Origin: Chthoniobacteraceae bacterium
GTDB lineage: Bacteria; Verrucomicrobiota; Verrucomicrobiia; Chthoniobacterales; Chthoniobacteraceae
Direction: 5' to 3'
DNA length: 64,000 nt
Assembly: GCA_031409655.1 (NCBI GenBank)
Contig: JANNXQ010000239.1
Coordinates: 1-64,000, forward strand
Position 1 is the stretch's first letter, and each line of letters begins with the position of its first letter. Shown here piece by piece: positions 30,182 to 39,652 of this stretch. A program made the position numbers and the translations under genes. The notes beneath the pieces were generated by a model. The model searched no databases, had not been told where the DNA came from, and worked only from the letters and a program-made list of their open reading frames with translations.

Positions 30182-32245
30182 GTGAATCTTCCTCCACCAA
30201 CGGACGCCCCTGACTGTCCCAAACTCAGGGTAACGCCTCCGGACGCGCGTCTGGGGGCGGAACTTGCGGCGATCGCCAGCGTGCCGGTGGCTTCCGCGGA
30301 GGAACGCCGTCTTTTCCGTGCGCTCATCGATGCGATTCCTGACCCCATTTTCGTCAAGGACTGCGCGGGTCGCTACGTGCTGATCAATACGGCCGATCAG
30401 CGGATGTTCCATGCGGCGGATGGCGAGGTCGTCGGCAAGACCGTTTTCGATTTTCCAGGGCTCCAGGAAAATGCCGTGCAGTATTTTGCGGATGACATGG
30501 CGGTCTTGAAGACGGGCAAGGCGGTGGTGGATCGCGAGGAGCCGATCACTTTCTCCGACGGACGAAAAGGCTGGCTGCTGACGAGCAAGTATCCGATGCG
30601 CGGTGCCGATGGGCAGATCATCGGACTCGTGGGATATGCGCGCGACATCACCGCAGCAAGACTGACCAGCAGCGAACTTGCGGAGACTCGCCGCCGGCTC
30701 GCCGATCACGTCGAAAATTCCGCCCTCGCGATCGTGGAGTGGGGCCCGGACATGCGCGTGCATCGCTGGGCAGGGCAGGCCGAGGCGATCTTTGAGTGGA
30801 AGTCCAGTGAGGTGGTGGGATTGCACTTCAATGAGTTTCAACTCGTGCATCTGGAGGATAGCGCGCGGGTCGGGGAGGTGGCGCTGCGGCTCATCGAAGG
30901 TCGCGAGCACCGGAACGTTTCGCACAATCGGAATCTGACCAAGACGGGCCGGACCATTCACTGCACCTGGCAAAACTCCGTGCTGCACGACTCCGATGGG
31001 GGCGTCGTGTCGGTCCTTTCGCTGGTGCAGGATGTGACGGAACGCGTGCTGGCCGAAGGAGCCAGCCGGCGCGCTGAGGAGGAACGGCAGGCGCTCGGGA
31101 GGAAGCTGCAGGAGTCCCAAAAACTCGAAAGCCTCGGCGTGCTCGCGGGCGGCATTGCGCACGATTTTAATAATCTCCTGACCGGTGTTCTCGGCAATGC
31201 CAGCCTCGCCCGGATGACGCTGCCGCTGGATTGCTCGGTCGCACCCTACCTTGACGAAATCGAGATGGCGGCGACCCGTGCGGCGGAACTCTGCAAGCAG
31301 ATGCTCGCCTATTCGGGCAAGGGGCGCTTCGTCGTCCTGCGAGTCGATGTGAATGCGCTCATCGAGGAAACGGCGAAGTTGCTGGCGGCTTCGATCAGCA
31401 AGAAGGCGGTGCTGCAATTTGAGCTTACGCCAGGGCTTCCAATGGTCGTCGCGGATGCCACTCAGATCCGTCAGGTCGTGATGAATTTGGTGATCAACGC
31501 GTCCGAAGCGATCGGCGATCGGAGCGGTTTCATCACGCTCCGGAGCGGCCTCGTGCGCGCGGATCGGGCCTATCTGGAGAGCACGCTGTTGGCGCCCGAT
31601 ATTGCGCCTGGGGATTATCTTTTTCTGGAAGTCACGGACACCGGACATGGGATGTCGCGGGAGGTGCAGGGAAAGATCTTCGAGCCGTTTTTCACGACGA
31701 AGTTCACCGGCCGCGGCCTCGGTTTGGCGGCGGTGCTCGGCATCGTGCGCGGTCACAAGGGCGCACTCAAAGTCTTCAGTGAAGAAGGGTGGGGGACGAC
31801 TTTCAAGGTGCTCCTGCCCTTCACCGATGGACTGGCGGAGGTCACCCCCGTGTCCGCTGATCCGCTGCCAGATTGGCGCGGCGCGGGGACGGTGCTCGTG
31901 GTCGATGACGAGGAGACGGTGCGCTTGAGTACGGCGCGAATGCTTGAGTACTCAGGATTCCAGACGGTGCTCGCGGAGAATGGGCGCGTCGGCGTGGAGA
32001 TATTCCGCAAACAGCAAGACGACATCTCGCTGGTACTCCTCGATCTCACGATGCCGCAGATGGATGGCGCCGAAGCCTTTCGCGAGATCACCGCCTTGAA
32101 TCCGGAAACGCGAGTGCTGCTGATGAGCGGCTACAATGAGCAGGATGCCATCGCGCGCTTCACGGGGAAAGGTCTTGCGGGATTTATCCAGAAGCCTTTC
32201 ACGCTGCCGGCGTTGCGGGAGCGCCTGCAGGGGATCCTGAGCTGA
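30182..32245 (+). CDS. Hybrid PAS-PAS histidine kinase / receiver (CckA-like)
   Basis: LAGGIAHDFNNLLT, IFEPFFTTKFTGRGLGLA, receiver VVDDE..LLDLTMP..KPF; start uncertain. Confidence 0.92.
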   Translation: MNLPPPTDAPDCPKLRVTPPDARLGAELAAIASVPVASAEERRLFRALIDAIPDPIFVKDCAGRYVLINTADQRMFHAADGEVVGKTVFDFPGLQENAVQYFADDMAVLKTGKAVVDREEPITFSDGRKGWLLTSKYPMRGADGQIIGLVGYARDITAARLTSSELAETRRRLADHVENSALAIVEWGPDMRVHRWAGQAEAIFEWKSSEVVGLHFNEFQLVHLEDSARVGEVALRLIEGREHRNVSHNRNLTKTGRTIHCTWQNSVLHDSDGGVVSVLSLVQDVTERVLAEGASRRAEEERQALGRKLQESQKLESLGVLAGGIAHDFNNLLTGVLGNASLARMTLPLDCSVAPYLDEIEMAATRAAELCKQMLAYSGKGRFVVLRVDVNALIEETAKLLAASISKKAVLQFELTPGLPMVVADATQIRQVVMNLVINASEAIGDRSGFITLRSGLVRADRAYLESTLLAPDIAPGDYLFLEVTDTGHGMSREVQGKIFEPFFTTKFTGRGLGLAAVLGIVRGHKGALKVFSEEGWGTTFKVLLPFTDGLAEVTPVSADPLPDWRGAGTVLVVDDEETVRLSTARMLEYSGFQTVLAENGRVGVEIFRKQQDDISLVLLDLTMPQMDGAEAFREITALNPETRVLLMSGYNEQDAIARFTGKGLAGFIQKPFTLPALRERLQGILS

Positions 32246-32327
32246 CCGCAGACGCGCAGCGGGGCGGCGGCGATCCTCCACCTCTGCGCTTGAGCCGCGG
32301 CCGCTTCCCCGCCAGATTCCGCGGGCC

Positions 32328-33437
32328 ATGCGAAAACTCCTCCCTCTAGCCATTTTCCTCTCCATCAGCAGCGCCGCGCTCGCCGCCGATGCCACCTTCT
32401 ACCTCGGCACTTATACCCGGGCCGGGATGAGCAAGGGAATCTACGTCGGCAAGCTGAACACCGACACCGGCAAGCTTGGGCTTGTGGAACTCGCGGGTGA
32501 GGCCACCAACCCGAGCTTCGTGGCGCTTTCTCCGAATGGGAAAAATCTCTACGCCGTCGCAGAAGCAGGCGGTGGGGGAGTCGCGGCCTTCGCGGTGGGG
32601 GCCGATGGGAAATTGGTGAAGCTCAACGAGCAACCGACGGGCGGCGCGGGGACCTGCCATGTGTGGGTGGACGCGACGGGGCGGAATGTCTTCGCCGCAA
32701 ACTACTCGGGCGGCAGCATCGCGGCCTTTCAGGTGAAGGCGGACGGTTCGCTCGGAGAGCGCACGGCCTTCGTGCAGTTCGAAGGCTCGGGCCCCGATCC
32801 GCGGCGGCAAAAGAAATCCTACGGCCATTCCATTTACACCGATGCGGCGAACAAGTTCGTCTATAGCTGCGACCTCGGGAGCGACAGCGTGTGGATCTTC
32901 GCGCTCGATGCCCCCAAAGGCACGCTCACGCCCGCGAATCCGCCTTCGGGAAAAGTGCCGCCCGGTGGCGGGCCGCGGCATTTCGCCATTCATCCGAACG
33001 GCAAATTCGCCTACACGAACAATGAGATGGGCATGAGTGTCACGACCTTTGCCCGCGACGGCGGGACTGGCGCACTCACGGCGCTCGAGACGGTCTCGAC
33101 ATTACCTGAGGGCACGGCAACCGCAGGATTGTCCACGGCGGAAATTTTCTGCCATCCGAATGGCCGGTGGCTCTACGTCTCGAATCGCACCCATGACACG
33201 ATCGCCGTCTTTTCGATCGCCGCGGATGGGAAGCTGAAGTGGCTCGAAGCGGCTCCCGCGATGGTGAAGGTGCCGCGGGGGTTTGCGATCGATCCGACGG
33301 GGAAGTGGATCATTGCCGGAGGCCAGAATGACAACCGCATCGCGGTGCTGAAGATCGATCAGACGACCGGCCGGCTCTCGGCCACCGATCAAAGCGCCGA
33401 AGTGGGCGCGCCGGTCTGCGTGCTCTTCCAGCCTTAG
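32328..33437 (+). CDS. Exported 6-phosphogluconolactonase / lactonase-family beta-propeller
   Basis: YLGTYT, NPSFVA, ANYSGGS, DLGSD, GGGPRH, YVSNR; signal peptide. Confidence 0.92.
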   Translation: MRKLLPLAIFLSISSAALAADATFYLGTYTRAGMSKGIYVGKLNTDTGKLGLVELAGEATNPSFVALSPNGKNLYAVAEAGGGGVAAFAVGADGKLVKLNEQPTGGAGTCHVWVDATGRNVFAANYSGGSIAAFQVKADGSLGERTAFVQFEGSGPDPRRQKKSYGHSIYTDAANKFVYSCDLGSDSVWIFALDAPKGTLTPANPPSGKVPPGGGPRHFAIHPNGKFAYTNNEMGMSVTTFARDGGTGALTALETVSTLPEGTATAGLSTAEIFCHPNGRWLYVSNRTHDTIAVFSIAADGKLKWLEAAPAMVKVPRGFAIDPTGKWIIAGGQNDNRIAVLKIDQTTGRLSATDQSAEVGAPVCVLFQP

Positions 33438-33444
33438 CCGGACG

Positions 33445-34017
33445 ATGACGACCTTGGAGAAAGCCACCGCGGATGCCGTCGCGACCCTGCAAGGCCTCGC
33501 CTCACTCAGCGCCACGATCGAGCGCGCCGCCGTGCTCATGGGCGAGTGCCTGACCCGCGGGGGCAAGCTCCTGGTGTGCGGCAATGGAGGCAGCGCCGCG
33601 GATGGCGCGGATTTCGCCACGGAGTTCACCTGCCGGTTTTCGCGAGATCGCCAGCCGTATCCGGCGATCAATCTCGCGGCCTGCGGCAGCGCGCTCACGG
33701 CAATCGGGAACGACTACGGCTTCGAGCAGGTCTTCGCGCGGCAGGTTCGGGCTTTTGCGCAACGCGGCGACGTGCTCGTGGCCGTCACGACGAGTGGCAA
33801 CTCGGCCAATATTCTCGCCGCCCTCACGACTGCGCGGGAACTCGGGATCACGAGCATCGCCCTCCTCGGAGGCACTGGCGGCAAAGCCGTCGGACTGGCC
33901 GCGCTGGAACTCATCGTGCCGACCACCAGCACCGCGCGCATCCAGGAGGGGCACAAATTCCTTTTTCACGTCCTCTGCGAAATGATCGATGAAAGCTGGC
34001 TGCTCGCGCGCGGCTAA
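33445..34017 (+). CDS. gmhA: Phosphoheptose isomerase (SIS domain)
   Basis: CGNGGSAAD, TAIGNDYGFEQVFARQV, TSGNSAN, TARIQEGH. Confidence 0.93.
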   Translation: MTTLEKATADAVATLQGLASLSATIERAAVLMGECLTRGGKLLVCGNGGSAADGADFATEFTCRFSRDRQPYPAINLAACGSALTAIGNDYGFEQVFARQVRAFAQRGDVLVAVTTSGNSANILAALTTARELGITSIALLGGTGGKAVGLAALELIVPTTSTARIQEGHKFLFHVLCEMIDESWLLARG

Positions 34018-34052
34018 TGCGCAACTCCGCACCCGCTCGCCAAGTCCATCCA

Positions 34053-34081
34053 TTGACAAAGGCCACCCCGGTTTCGATACT
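34053..34081 (+). promoter_or_regulatory. Putative sigma70 promoter (near-leaderless)
   Basis: TTGACA-17 nt-GATACT, ending 9 nt before ATG 34091. Confidence 0.5.
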
Positions 34082-34090
34082 GCGCACACG

Positions 34091-34840
34091 ATGAGTCTCG
34101 ACCTGAATGACCTGCTCCGGGATTGGCCGCACGAGCCTGGAATGCTGAAAGTTCGGCGAATTCTCGGCACTGACGGTAAGGAGAAAATTCAACTGCGCAT
34201 CGATCTGGGGCTCATTCAGATGGAGACCGCAGGGCGCCCTGACGGACAGCGTCCGCACAACTGCGAGAGCCTGCTCGAGTGGCATCTCGGCCGGTCGCGT
34301 CGGGCGGAAAAGAAGAGCGACACCTACACCCTTTCCGCCGAAGAAGTGGGCGATGTGCAGCAGGAAGGCATCCAGTATTACCACCGCTACATCTCGCTCT
34401 TTCAGCTCGGCGATTTCTCCGGCGTGATGCGCGATACCCAGCGGAATCTGGACATGTTCGACTTCGTGGCCGCGCACGCGCCGGAGGAGCTTTCCGGGTC
34501 CGTGGAGCAGTTCACACCCTACGTGCTGATGATGAATACGCGGGCCAAAGCCTCGATCGAGATCGAGCGCGAGGAGTTTGCCGGCGCGGTGCGGGTGATC
34601 GAACGGGGGATGGGAAAGATCCGCGCCTTCTACGACAAGAACGGCGGGCCGGAGGCGGCCACGTCCAGTCCAGAACTCGGCTTTCTGAGCGAGTGGCTCG
34701 ATGAAGTGAAAGGCAAGCAGCCCGTCTCGAAGCTGGAGAAGATGCAGCGTGAGATGGATAACGCCATCGCGGCGGAGGCTTACGAAAAAGCCGCGGAATT
34801 GCGGGATGCCATTCGGCGAATCACGACCCGTAAGTCGTGA
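34091..34840 (+). CDS. UvrB/UvrC-motif-containing protein
   Basis: QLRIDLGLIQMETAGRPDGQRP N-domain; C-terminal AIAAEAYEKAAELRDAI UVR motif. Confidence 0.85.
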   Translation: MSLDLNDLLRDWPHEPGMLKVRRILGTDGKEKIQLRIDLGLIQMETAGRPDGQRPHNCESLLEWHLGRSRRAEKKSDTYTLSAEEVGDVQQEGIQYYHRYISLFQLGDFSGVMRDTQRNLDMFDFVAAHAPEELSGSVEQFTPYVLMMNTRAKASIEIEREEFAGAVRVIERGMGKIRAFYDKNGGPEAATSSPELGFLSEWLDEVKGKQPVSKLEKMQREMDNAIAAEAYEKAAELRDAIRRITTRKS

Positions 34841-36861
34841 TCCGACGGCCGACTTCAACCGCCAAACTTCAACCGCCAAACTGCAAAGGGCGGGACGAAA
34901 TGTGGGCTTCACATTTTGTGTTTCGCGTTTGGTGTTTGGCGTTTGCCGTTCTCCTTTTTGCCGGCTGCGGCAATGACCCGAATCCTGAGCCCCTCCACAA
35001 GACTCGCGCCGACGGCAAACCTTGGGTGACGAGGTATGCTGGGTTGACTGAAGACCCGCGCTCCTTTGATCCGCAGTTCTCGTATGATCAGATGAGCCGG
35101 CGCGTGCTCGAAGCGGTGTACGACACGCTGCTCGAGTATCACCCGATGAAAACGGATCCTTACGAGGTCCGGCCGGCGCTGCTTGCGGACCTGCCGGTGA
35201 AGGAGGTCTCCGCCGAGGGCAAGATCAGCTACCTCTGCCGGCTGAAGACTTCCGCTCGCTTCCACGATGATGTTTGTTTCCCCGGAGGCAAAGGTCGTCA
35301 GGTCGTGGCGGGCGACGTTCTCTACGGCTTCCAGCGGCTTTGCGATCCGAAGGTCGAGTCGCCCTTCCTTTCCAATCTCGCGGAATACATTCCCGGCTTG
35401 CAGCAAGCGCACGACGCCGCGGAAAAGAGCGGCACTTTCGACTACGCCGCCATACTCCCTGGTATTGAAGTTCTGGATGCGCAGAGTTTCCGTATCCATC
35501 TGACCAAGCCGTATCCCCAGCTCAGCTACTGGCTGGCGATGCACTGCACCACGCCGGTCGCGCGCGAAGCGGTCGAATACTACGATGGCAAGGAGCACGA
35601 TGGGGTGGTGCGGCCCGACTTCCACAAATTTTACGCCGTCGGCACTGGTCCTTACCGCGTTCGCGAATACACCCCGCGGCAGCGGGTGCGCCTGGAGCGG
35701 GTGGAAGGTTACGCCACCACGACTTTCCCGAGTGACGGTTTTCCGCCGGAGAAAGCCGCGTGGCTGCAGCAGTTTGCCGGCAAACCATTACCCCTCTCGG
35801 ATGAAGTCAACCTCGCCATCATCCGCGAAAACATCCCCATCTTCATCCTCACGCGGCAGGGTTATCTCGATGGCATGGCGGTCAATAAGGATGCCTTTAA
35901 CGCCATGCTCACGCCGACCCGCGAACTGGCACCCAAGTACAAGCAGCGCGGGATGTTTCTGGAGAAAGATATCGAACCCAGCACCTTCTGGATCAGCTTC
36001 AATATGGAAGACCCGATCGTGGGGCAGAATAAGAAGCTGCGCCAGGCGCTCTCCTGCTCCTACGATGCGCAGACTTACTCGGATATCTTCTATAGTTCCG
36101 TCGCGCCCGTCGCGGAGCAACTGATCCCGCCCGGCCTCTTCGGCTTCGATCACGCCTGGCGCAATCCCTACGGGCACGATCCCGAGCGTGCGAAACGCCT
36201 GCTGGCCGAGGCTGGCTATCCAGGAGGACGCGATGCCAGTGGGAAGCAACTCGAACTGACGCTCGATTGCGCCGCGGTCGGCAGCGAAGACCGGCAGCGC
36301 GTGGAGTTCGTGCAGCGCGGCATGGAGCGACTCGGAGTGAAGGTCCGCGTCATTGAAAACACCTTCGCCCATCTTTTGCGGAAACAGGACACCGGTGACT
36401 TCCAGATGGCCGACGGCACCGGCTGGGGCGCGGACTATCCCGATCCAGAGAATTTCTTCTTCCTCCTCTACTCGAAGAATGTGCCCCCGGCCGGCAAGAA
36501 CATCAGCCGCTTTCGCAATCCGGAGTTCGACCGGCTCTTTGAGCAAATGGCCACCATGGAAAACGGTCCCGAAAGGCTGGCGATTGTGCAACAGATCACG
36601 ACGCTGGTCGGAGAGGAGGTCCCGCAGATCCTCAATTTTCACAAAGCCTTTTACAGCACGGTGCAGCCTTGGGCTCCGCGGACGCACAATAACTTGATGC
36701 TGGAAGGCGGCTTGAGGTTTCTCACCATCGACCCCGTGTTGCGGGAGAAATTACGCGGTGAGTGGAATCGCCGGCCACTTTGGCCACTGGCGCTCCTTGG
36801 CGTCCTGCTTGCCGCGGCGATCGGCTACGCGGTGCGTTGGAATCGGAGGATGAATGCTTAA
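34837..36861 (+). CDS. Peptide/nickel-family ABC substrate-binding lipoprotein with C-terminal TM helix
   Basis: Lipobox LFAGC; VGTGPY, GWGADYPDPENFFFLLY; C-terminal hydrophobic helix; start GTG 34837 or ATG 34900. Confidence 0.88.
   Translation: MIRRPTSTAKLQPPNCKGRDEMWASHFVFRVWCLAFAVLLFAGCGNDPNPEPLHKTRADGKPWVTRYAGLTEDPRSFDPQFSYDQMSRRVLEAVYDTLLEYHPMKTDPYEVRPALLADLPVKEVSAEGKISYLCRLKTSARFHDDVCFPGGKGRQVVAGDVLYGFQRLCDPKVESPFLSNLAEYIPGLQQAHDAAEKSGTFDYAAILPGIEVLDAQSFRIHLTKPYPQLSYWLAMHCTTPVAREAVEYYDGKEHDGVVRPDFHKFYAVGTGPYRVREYTPRQRVRLERVEGYATTTFPSDGFPPEKAAWLQQFAGKPLPLSDEVNLAIIRENIPIFILTRQGYLDGMAVNKDAFNAMLTPTRELAPKYKQRGMFLEKDIEPSTFWISFNMEDPIVGQNKKLRQALSCSYDAQTYSDIFYSSVAPVAEQLIPPGLFGFDHAWRNPYGHDPERAKRLLAEAGYPGGRDASGKQLELTLDCAAVGSEDRQRVEFVQRGMERLGVKVRVIENTFAHLLRKQDTGDFQMADGTGWGADYPDPENFFFLLYSKNVPPAGKNISRFRNPEFDRLFEQMATMENGPERLAIVQQITTLVGEEVPQILNFHKAFYSTVQPWAPRTHNNLMLEGGLRFLTIDPVLREKLRGEWNRRPLWPLALLGVLLAAAIGYAVRWNRRMNA
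34851..34950. repeat. Inverted heptamer-array hairpin F (same family as E) overlapping the signal-peptide coding region
   Basis: GACTTCA ACCGCCA AACTTCA ACCGCCA AACTGCA ... TTGTGTT TCGCGTT TGGTGTT TGGCGTT TGCCGTT. Confidence 0.85.
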
Positions 36862-37795
36862 CTACATCATCCGCCGAACGCTCTACGCGGTGCCGATTGT
36901 CCTCGGTGTGATCGTGCTCACGTTCCTGCTCTTCCGCGTGGTGCAGACGCCGGAGTCCATCGCCACCATGGTCCTCGGGCCGAAAGCCACCCGGCAGGCC
37001 AAGGACGACTTCATCAAGCGCGAGGGATTGGACAAACCAAAGGCCGTGCAACTCGCCGAGCATGTGCGGAAGCTTGTGACCTTCGAGCTTGGCACGTCCT
37101 GGAAAACCGGGCGCGATTTGAGCGAGGTCTTCATCAAAGGCGCCGGGCCTTCGCTGATGATCACCGTGCCCGGATTTTTCGTCGGACTCATCACCGCCGT
37201 GGGACTCGCGCTCTATCAAGTATTCGTCCGAAACTCCGCCCTCGATCGCGGCATGACCGTCGCCGCCGTGGCCCTGATGAGCGTGCCCACCGTGGTCTAT
37301 ATCATCGTGCTCCAGGCCATCGGCGCGCTGCTGCTCAATTACTTTCCCGCGTCGGGTTTTGATTGGCGCGGACTCGGGACTCTAAAGTTTGTGGCCCTGC
37401 CGATCCTCGTCATCGTCATCGTGAATCTCGGTTACGACGCCCGCCTTTACCGCGCCATTTTCATCGAGGAGATCGGCCAGGATTACATCCGCACCGCCCG
37501 GGCAAAGGGCGTCTCGCCGACCCGCGTGCTGACCGTCCATGTGCTGAAGAATGGCATGATCGCGCTCATCACCCTCACCGTCGCGCACCTCCCGGCTCTG
37601 ATCATGGGTTCGCTGCTTATCGAGAATTTCTTTGGCATCCCCGGTCTTGGTAACACCCTCGTGATGGCGATCCAGACCGGCGATCTTCCCGTCGTCATGG
37701 CCAGCGTTTATCTCGGTTCGCTGCTTTACGTCGCGAGCCTCATCCTCACGGATATCGCCTACGCCCTGGCCGATCCGCGCATCCGTCTGAGTTAG
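36854..37795 (+). CDS. Peptide ABC transporter permease (OppB/DppB-like)
   Basis: DYIRTARAKG EAA motif, ENFFGIPGLG, DPRIRL. Confidence 0.93.
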   Translation: MLNYIIRRTLYAVPIVLGVIVLTFLLFRVVQTPESIATMVLGPKATRQAKDDFIKREGLDKPKAVQLAEHVRKLVTFELGTSWKTGRDLSEVFIKGAGPSLMITVPGFFVGLITAVGLALYQVFVRNSALDRGMTVAAVALMSVPTVVYIIVLQAIGALLLNYFPASGFDWRGLGTLKFVALPILVIVIVNLGYDARLYRAIFIEEIGQDYIRTARAKGVSPTRVLTVHVLKNGMIALITLTVAHLPALIMGSLLIENFFGIPGLGNTLVMAIQTGDLPVVMASVYLGSLLYVASLILTDIAYALADPRIRLS

Positions 37796-37798
37796 CCC

Positions 37799-38812
37799 AT
37801 GTCCAAGCTCCTCGAACACTGGCTCACCCAAGACCTCCTGGTCCTGGCTGGCTTTGCTTTGCTCGGATGGGTGCTCTGGAGCGGCTCGCATCATGAACGC
37901 TGGCAGCGCGCCTGGCGGCGTTTTCGCGCGGATCGCTCGGGTCTCATTTCCCTTTGGATCGTCGCTCTCTACCTCTTCATCGGTGCGCTGGAGGTGCTCC
38001 ATTTCCCGGATGGAAAAGGTGGCACCTCCAGCGTGCTCGATCGTTTCGTCGGCGGCATCCCGATCGAGAAAAGCTACAGCGCGCCGCTCGCCACGAAGCT
38101 CCTCTCTGAAGCCAAGCCCGAGCCGCTCCTTGGCCGCCACCTGCTCGGCACTGACGCGCTCGGAAAGGATGTGTTCACGGAGACCCTGAAGGCCTGCAAG
38201 ACCGCGCTCATCATCGGCGGTCTCACCAGCGCCATCTACATCCCGCTCGGCACGCTTTTCGGCATCCTCGCCGGCTACTTCCGCCGCCGCGTGGACGATG
38301 CCATCCAGTACATTTACAGCACCATCGCGTCGATCCCTTCGATCCTCCTGCTCATCTCCATCATCCTCGTGTTGGGCAAAGGGCTCGGCACCATGTCCAT
38401 CGCCCTCGGCCTCACGGCCTGGGTGGGCCTCTGCCGCCTCATCCGCGGCGAGACCATGAGGCAGGCGGAGCAGCCTTACGTGGCCGGCGCGCGCGCCCTC
38501 GGGCAGACCCACTGGAATATCATCACGCATCACCTGCTGCCGAATGTGCTGCACCTCGTCGTCATCAATTTCGTCCTCGGCTTCTCGAATATCGTGCTCG
38601 TCGAAGCCGTGCTCAGCTACCTCGGCGTCGGCACGCCCGTCGGCACGGCAAGTTGGGGAAACATGATCGATAGCGGCCGCTCCGAACTCAGCCGCGATCC
38701 GCTGGTCTGGTGGAATCTAACCTCCGCCACCGTTGCTCTCTTCGGCCTCGTCCTTGCGCTGAATCTCTTCGGCGATGCCCTCCGGCGCGCCTTCGATCCG
38801 AAACGCGGCTGA
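37799..38812 (+). CDS. Peptide ABC transporter permease (OppC/DppC-like)
   Basis: HLLGTDALGKDV, YVAGARALG, HLLPN, LFGDALRRAFDP. Confidence 0.93.
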   Translation: MSKLLEHWLTQDLLVLAGFALLGWVLWSGSHHERWQRAWRRFRADRSGLISLWIVALYLFIGALEVLHFPDGKGGTSSVLDRFVGGIPIEKSYSAPLATKLLSEAKPEPLLGRHLLGTDALGKDVFTETLKACKTALIIGGLTSAIYIPLGTLFGILAGYFRRRVDDAIQYIYSTIASIPSILLLISIILVLGKGLGTMSIALGLTAWVGLCRLIRGETMRQAEQPYVAGARALGQTHWNIITHHLLPNVLHLVVINFVLGFSNIVLVEAVLSYLGVGTPVGTASWGNMIDSGRSELSRDPLVWWNLTSATVALFGLVLALNLFGDALRRAFDPKRG

Positions 38813-38821
38813 TCATCCGGC

Positions 38822-39262
38822 ATGCGTTGGCACATCTTCGCGATCGGCAAACCGAAGCTCGATTTCGCCCGCCTCGGCATCGACGAATACGCCGCCCGGC
38901 TGCGGCCCTTCGCGCCCGTCACCATCCAGTATCTCAAAGGCTCCTCGCCGGACGCCGAGAGCGAGATCTTGCTCGAGCGCAGCAAGTCCATGTTCCGCGT
39001 CGTGCTCGACGAGCGCGGCGAGCAACTGCGCAGTCCCGAACTCGCGAAAAAAATTACCGACTGGGAGATGAGCGGCCCGCGCGACATCGCCCTGCTCATC
39101 GGCGGCGCCGAAGGACACCGCAACGCCCTGCGCAAAGCCGCCGCCTGGCGCTGGTCGCTCAGCACGCTCACCCTCCAGCACGAACTCGCGCTGGTCGTCG
39201 CACTCGAGCAGCTTTACCGCGCCTATACGATCAAAGCCGGGATGCCCTACCACCGCGATTGA
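38822..39262 (+). CDS. rlmH: 23S rRNA pseudouridine-1915 N3-methyltransferase
   Basis: SPOUT motifs LIGGAEG, LSTLTLQHELA, LEQLYRAYTI..GMPYHR. Confidence 0.95.
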   Translation: MRWHIFAIGKPKLDFARLGIDEYAARLRPFAPVTIQYLKGSSPDAESEILLERSKSMFRVVLDERGEQLRSPELAKKITDWEMSGPRDIALLIGGAEGHRNALRKAAAWRWSLSTLTLQHELALVVALEQLYRAYTIKAGMPYHRD

Positions 39263-39368
39263 GCGCGAGCCGCTCCCCGGAGCCAAAAATCCCCTTTGCG
39301 CACCGGATCACTTGTGACATAAGAACCGCCCCTTTTCGCCGGAGCAAAACTCCCTCCCAAGGGCCCCA

Positions 39369-39584
39369 ATGGAAAACGTCATCGCCAGCCACACGCTCCA
39401 AGTTGAGCGCAAAACTTTCACCATCGAATTCCGCGAAAACGATCGCGGACGCTTCCTCCGTATCACCGAGGATGCGGGGGGGCGGCGCAATACCGTGATC
39501 ATTCCCTCGACTGGGATCAACGAATTCAACTCCGCGGTGGACGCCGTCGTCGTCGCCGCCAATAACGCCGCGCCTGCCGCGTAA
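39369..39584 (+). CDS. PUR-repeat (Pur-alpha-like) nucleic-acid-binding protein
   Basis: [25 protein letters not shown]...RRNTVIIP single PUR repeat. Confidence 0.85.
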   Translation: MENVIASHTLQVERKTFTIEFRENDRGRFLRITEDAGGRRNTVIIPSTGINEFNSAVDAVVVAANNAAPAA

Positions 39585-39652
39585 CCGGCGCCTCCTCACC
39601 GCCGCCGGGCATCCGCCACGGATCGTCCTTTTCCTTTACCCACCAACCACTC

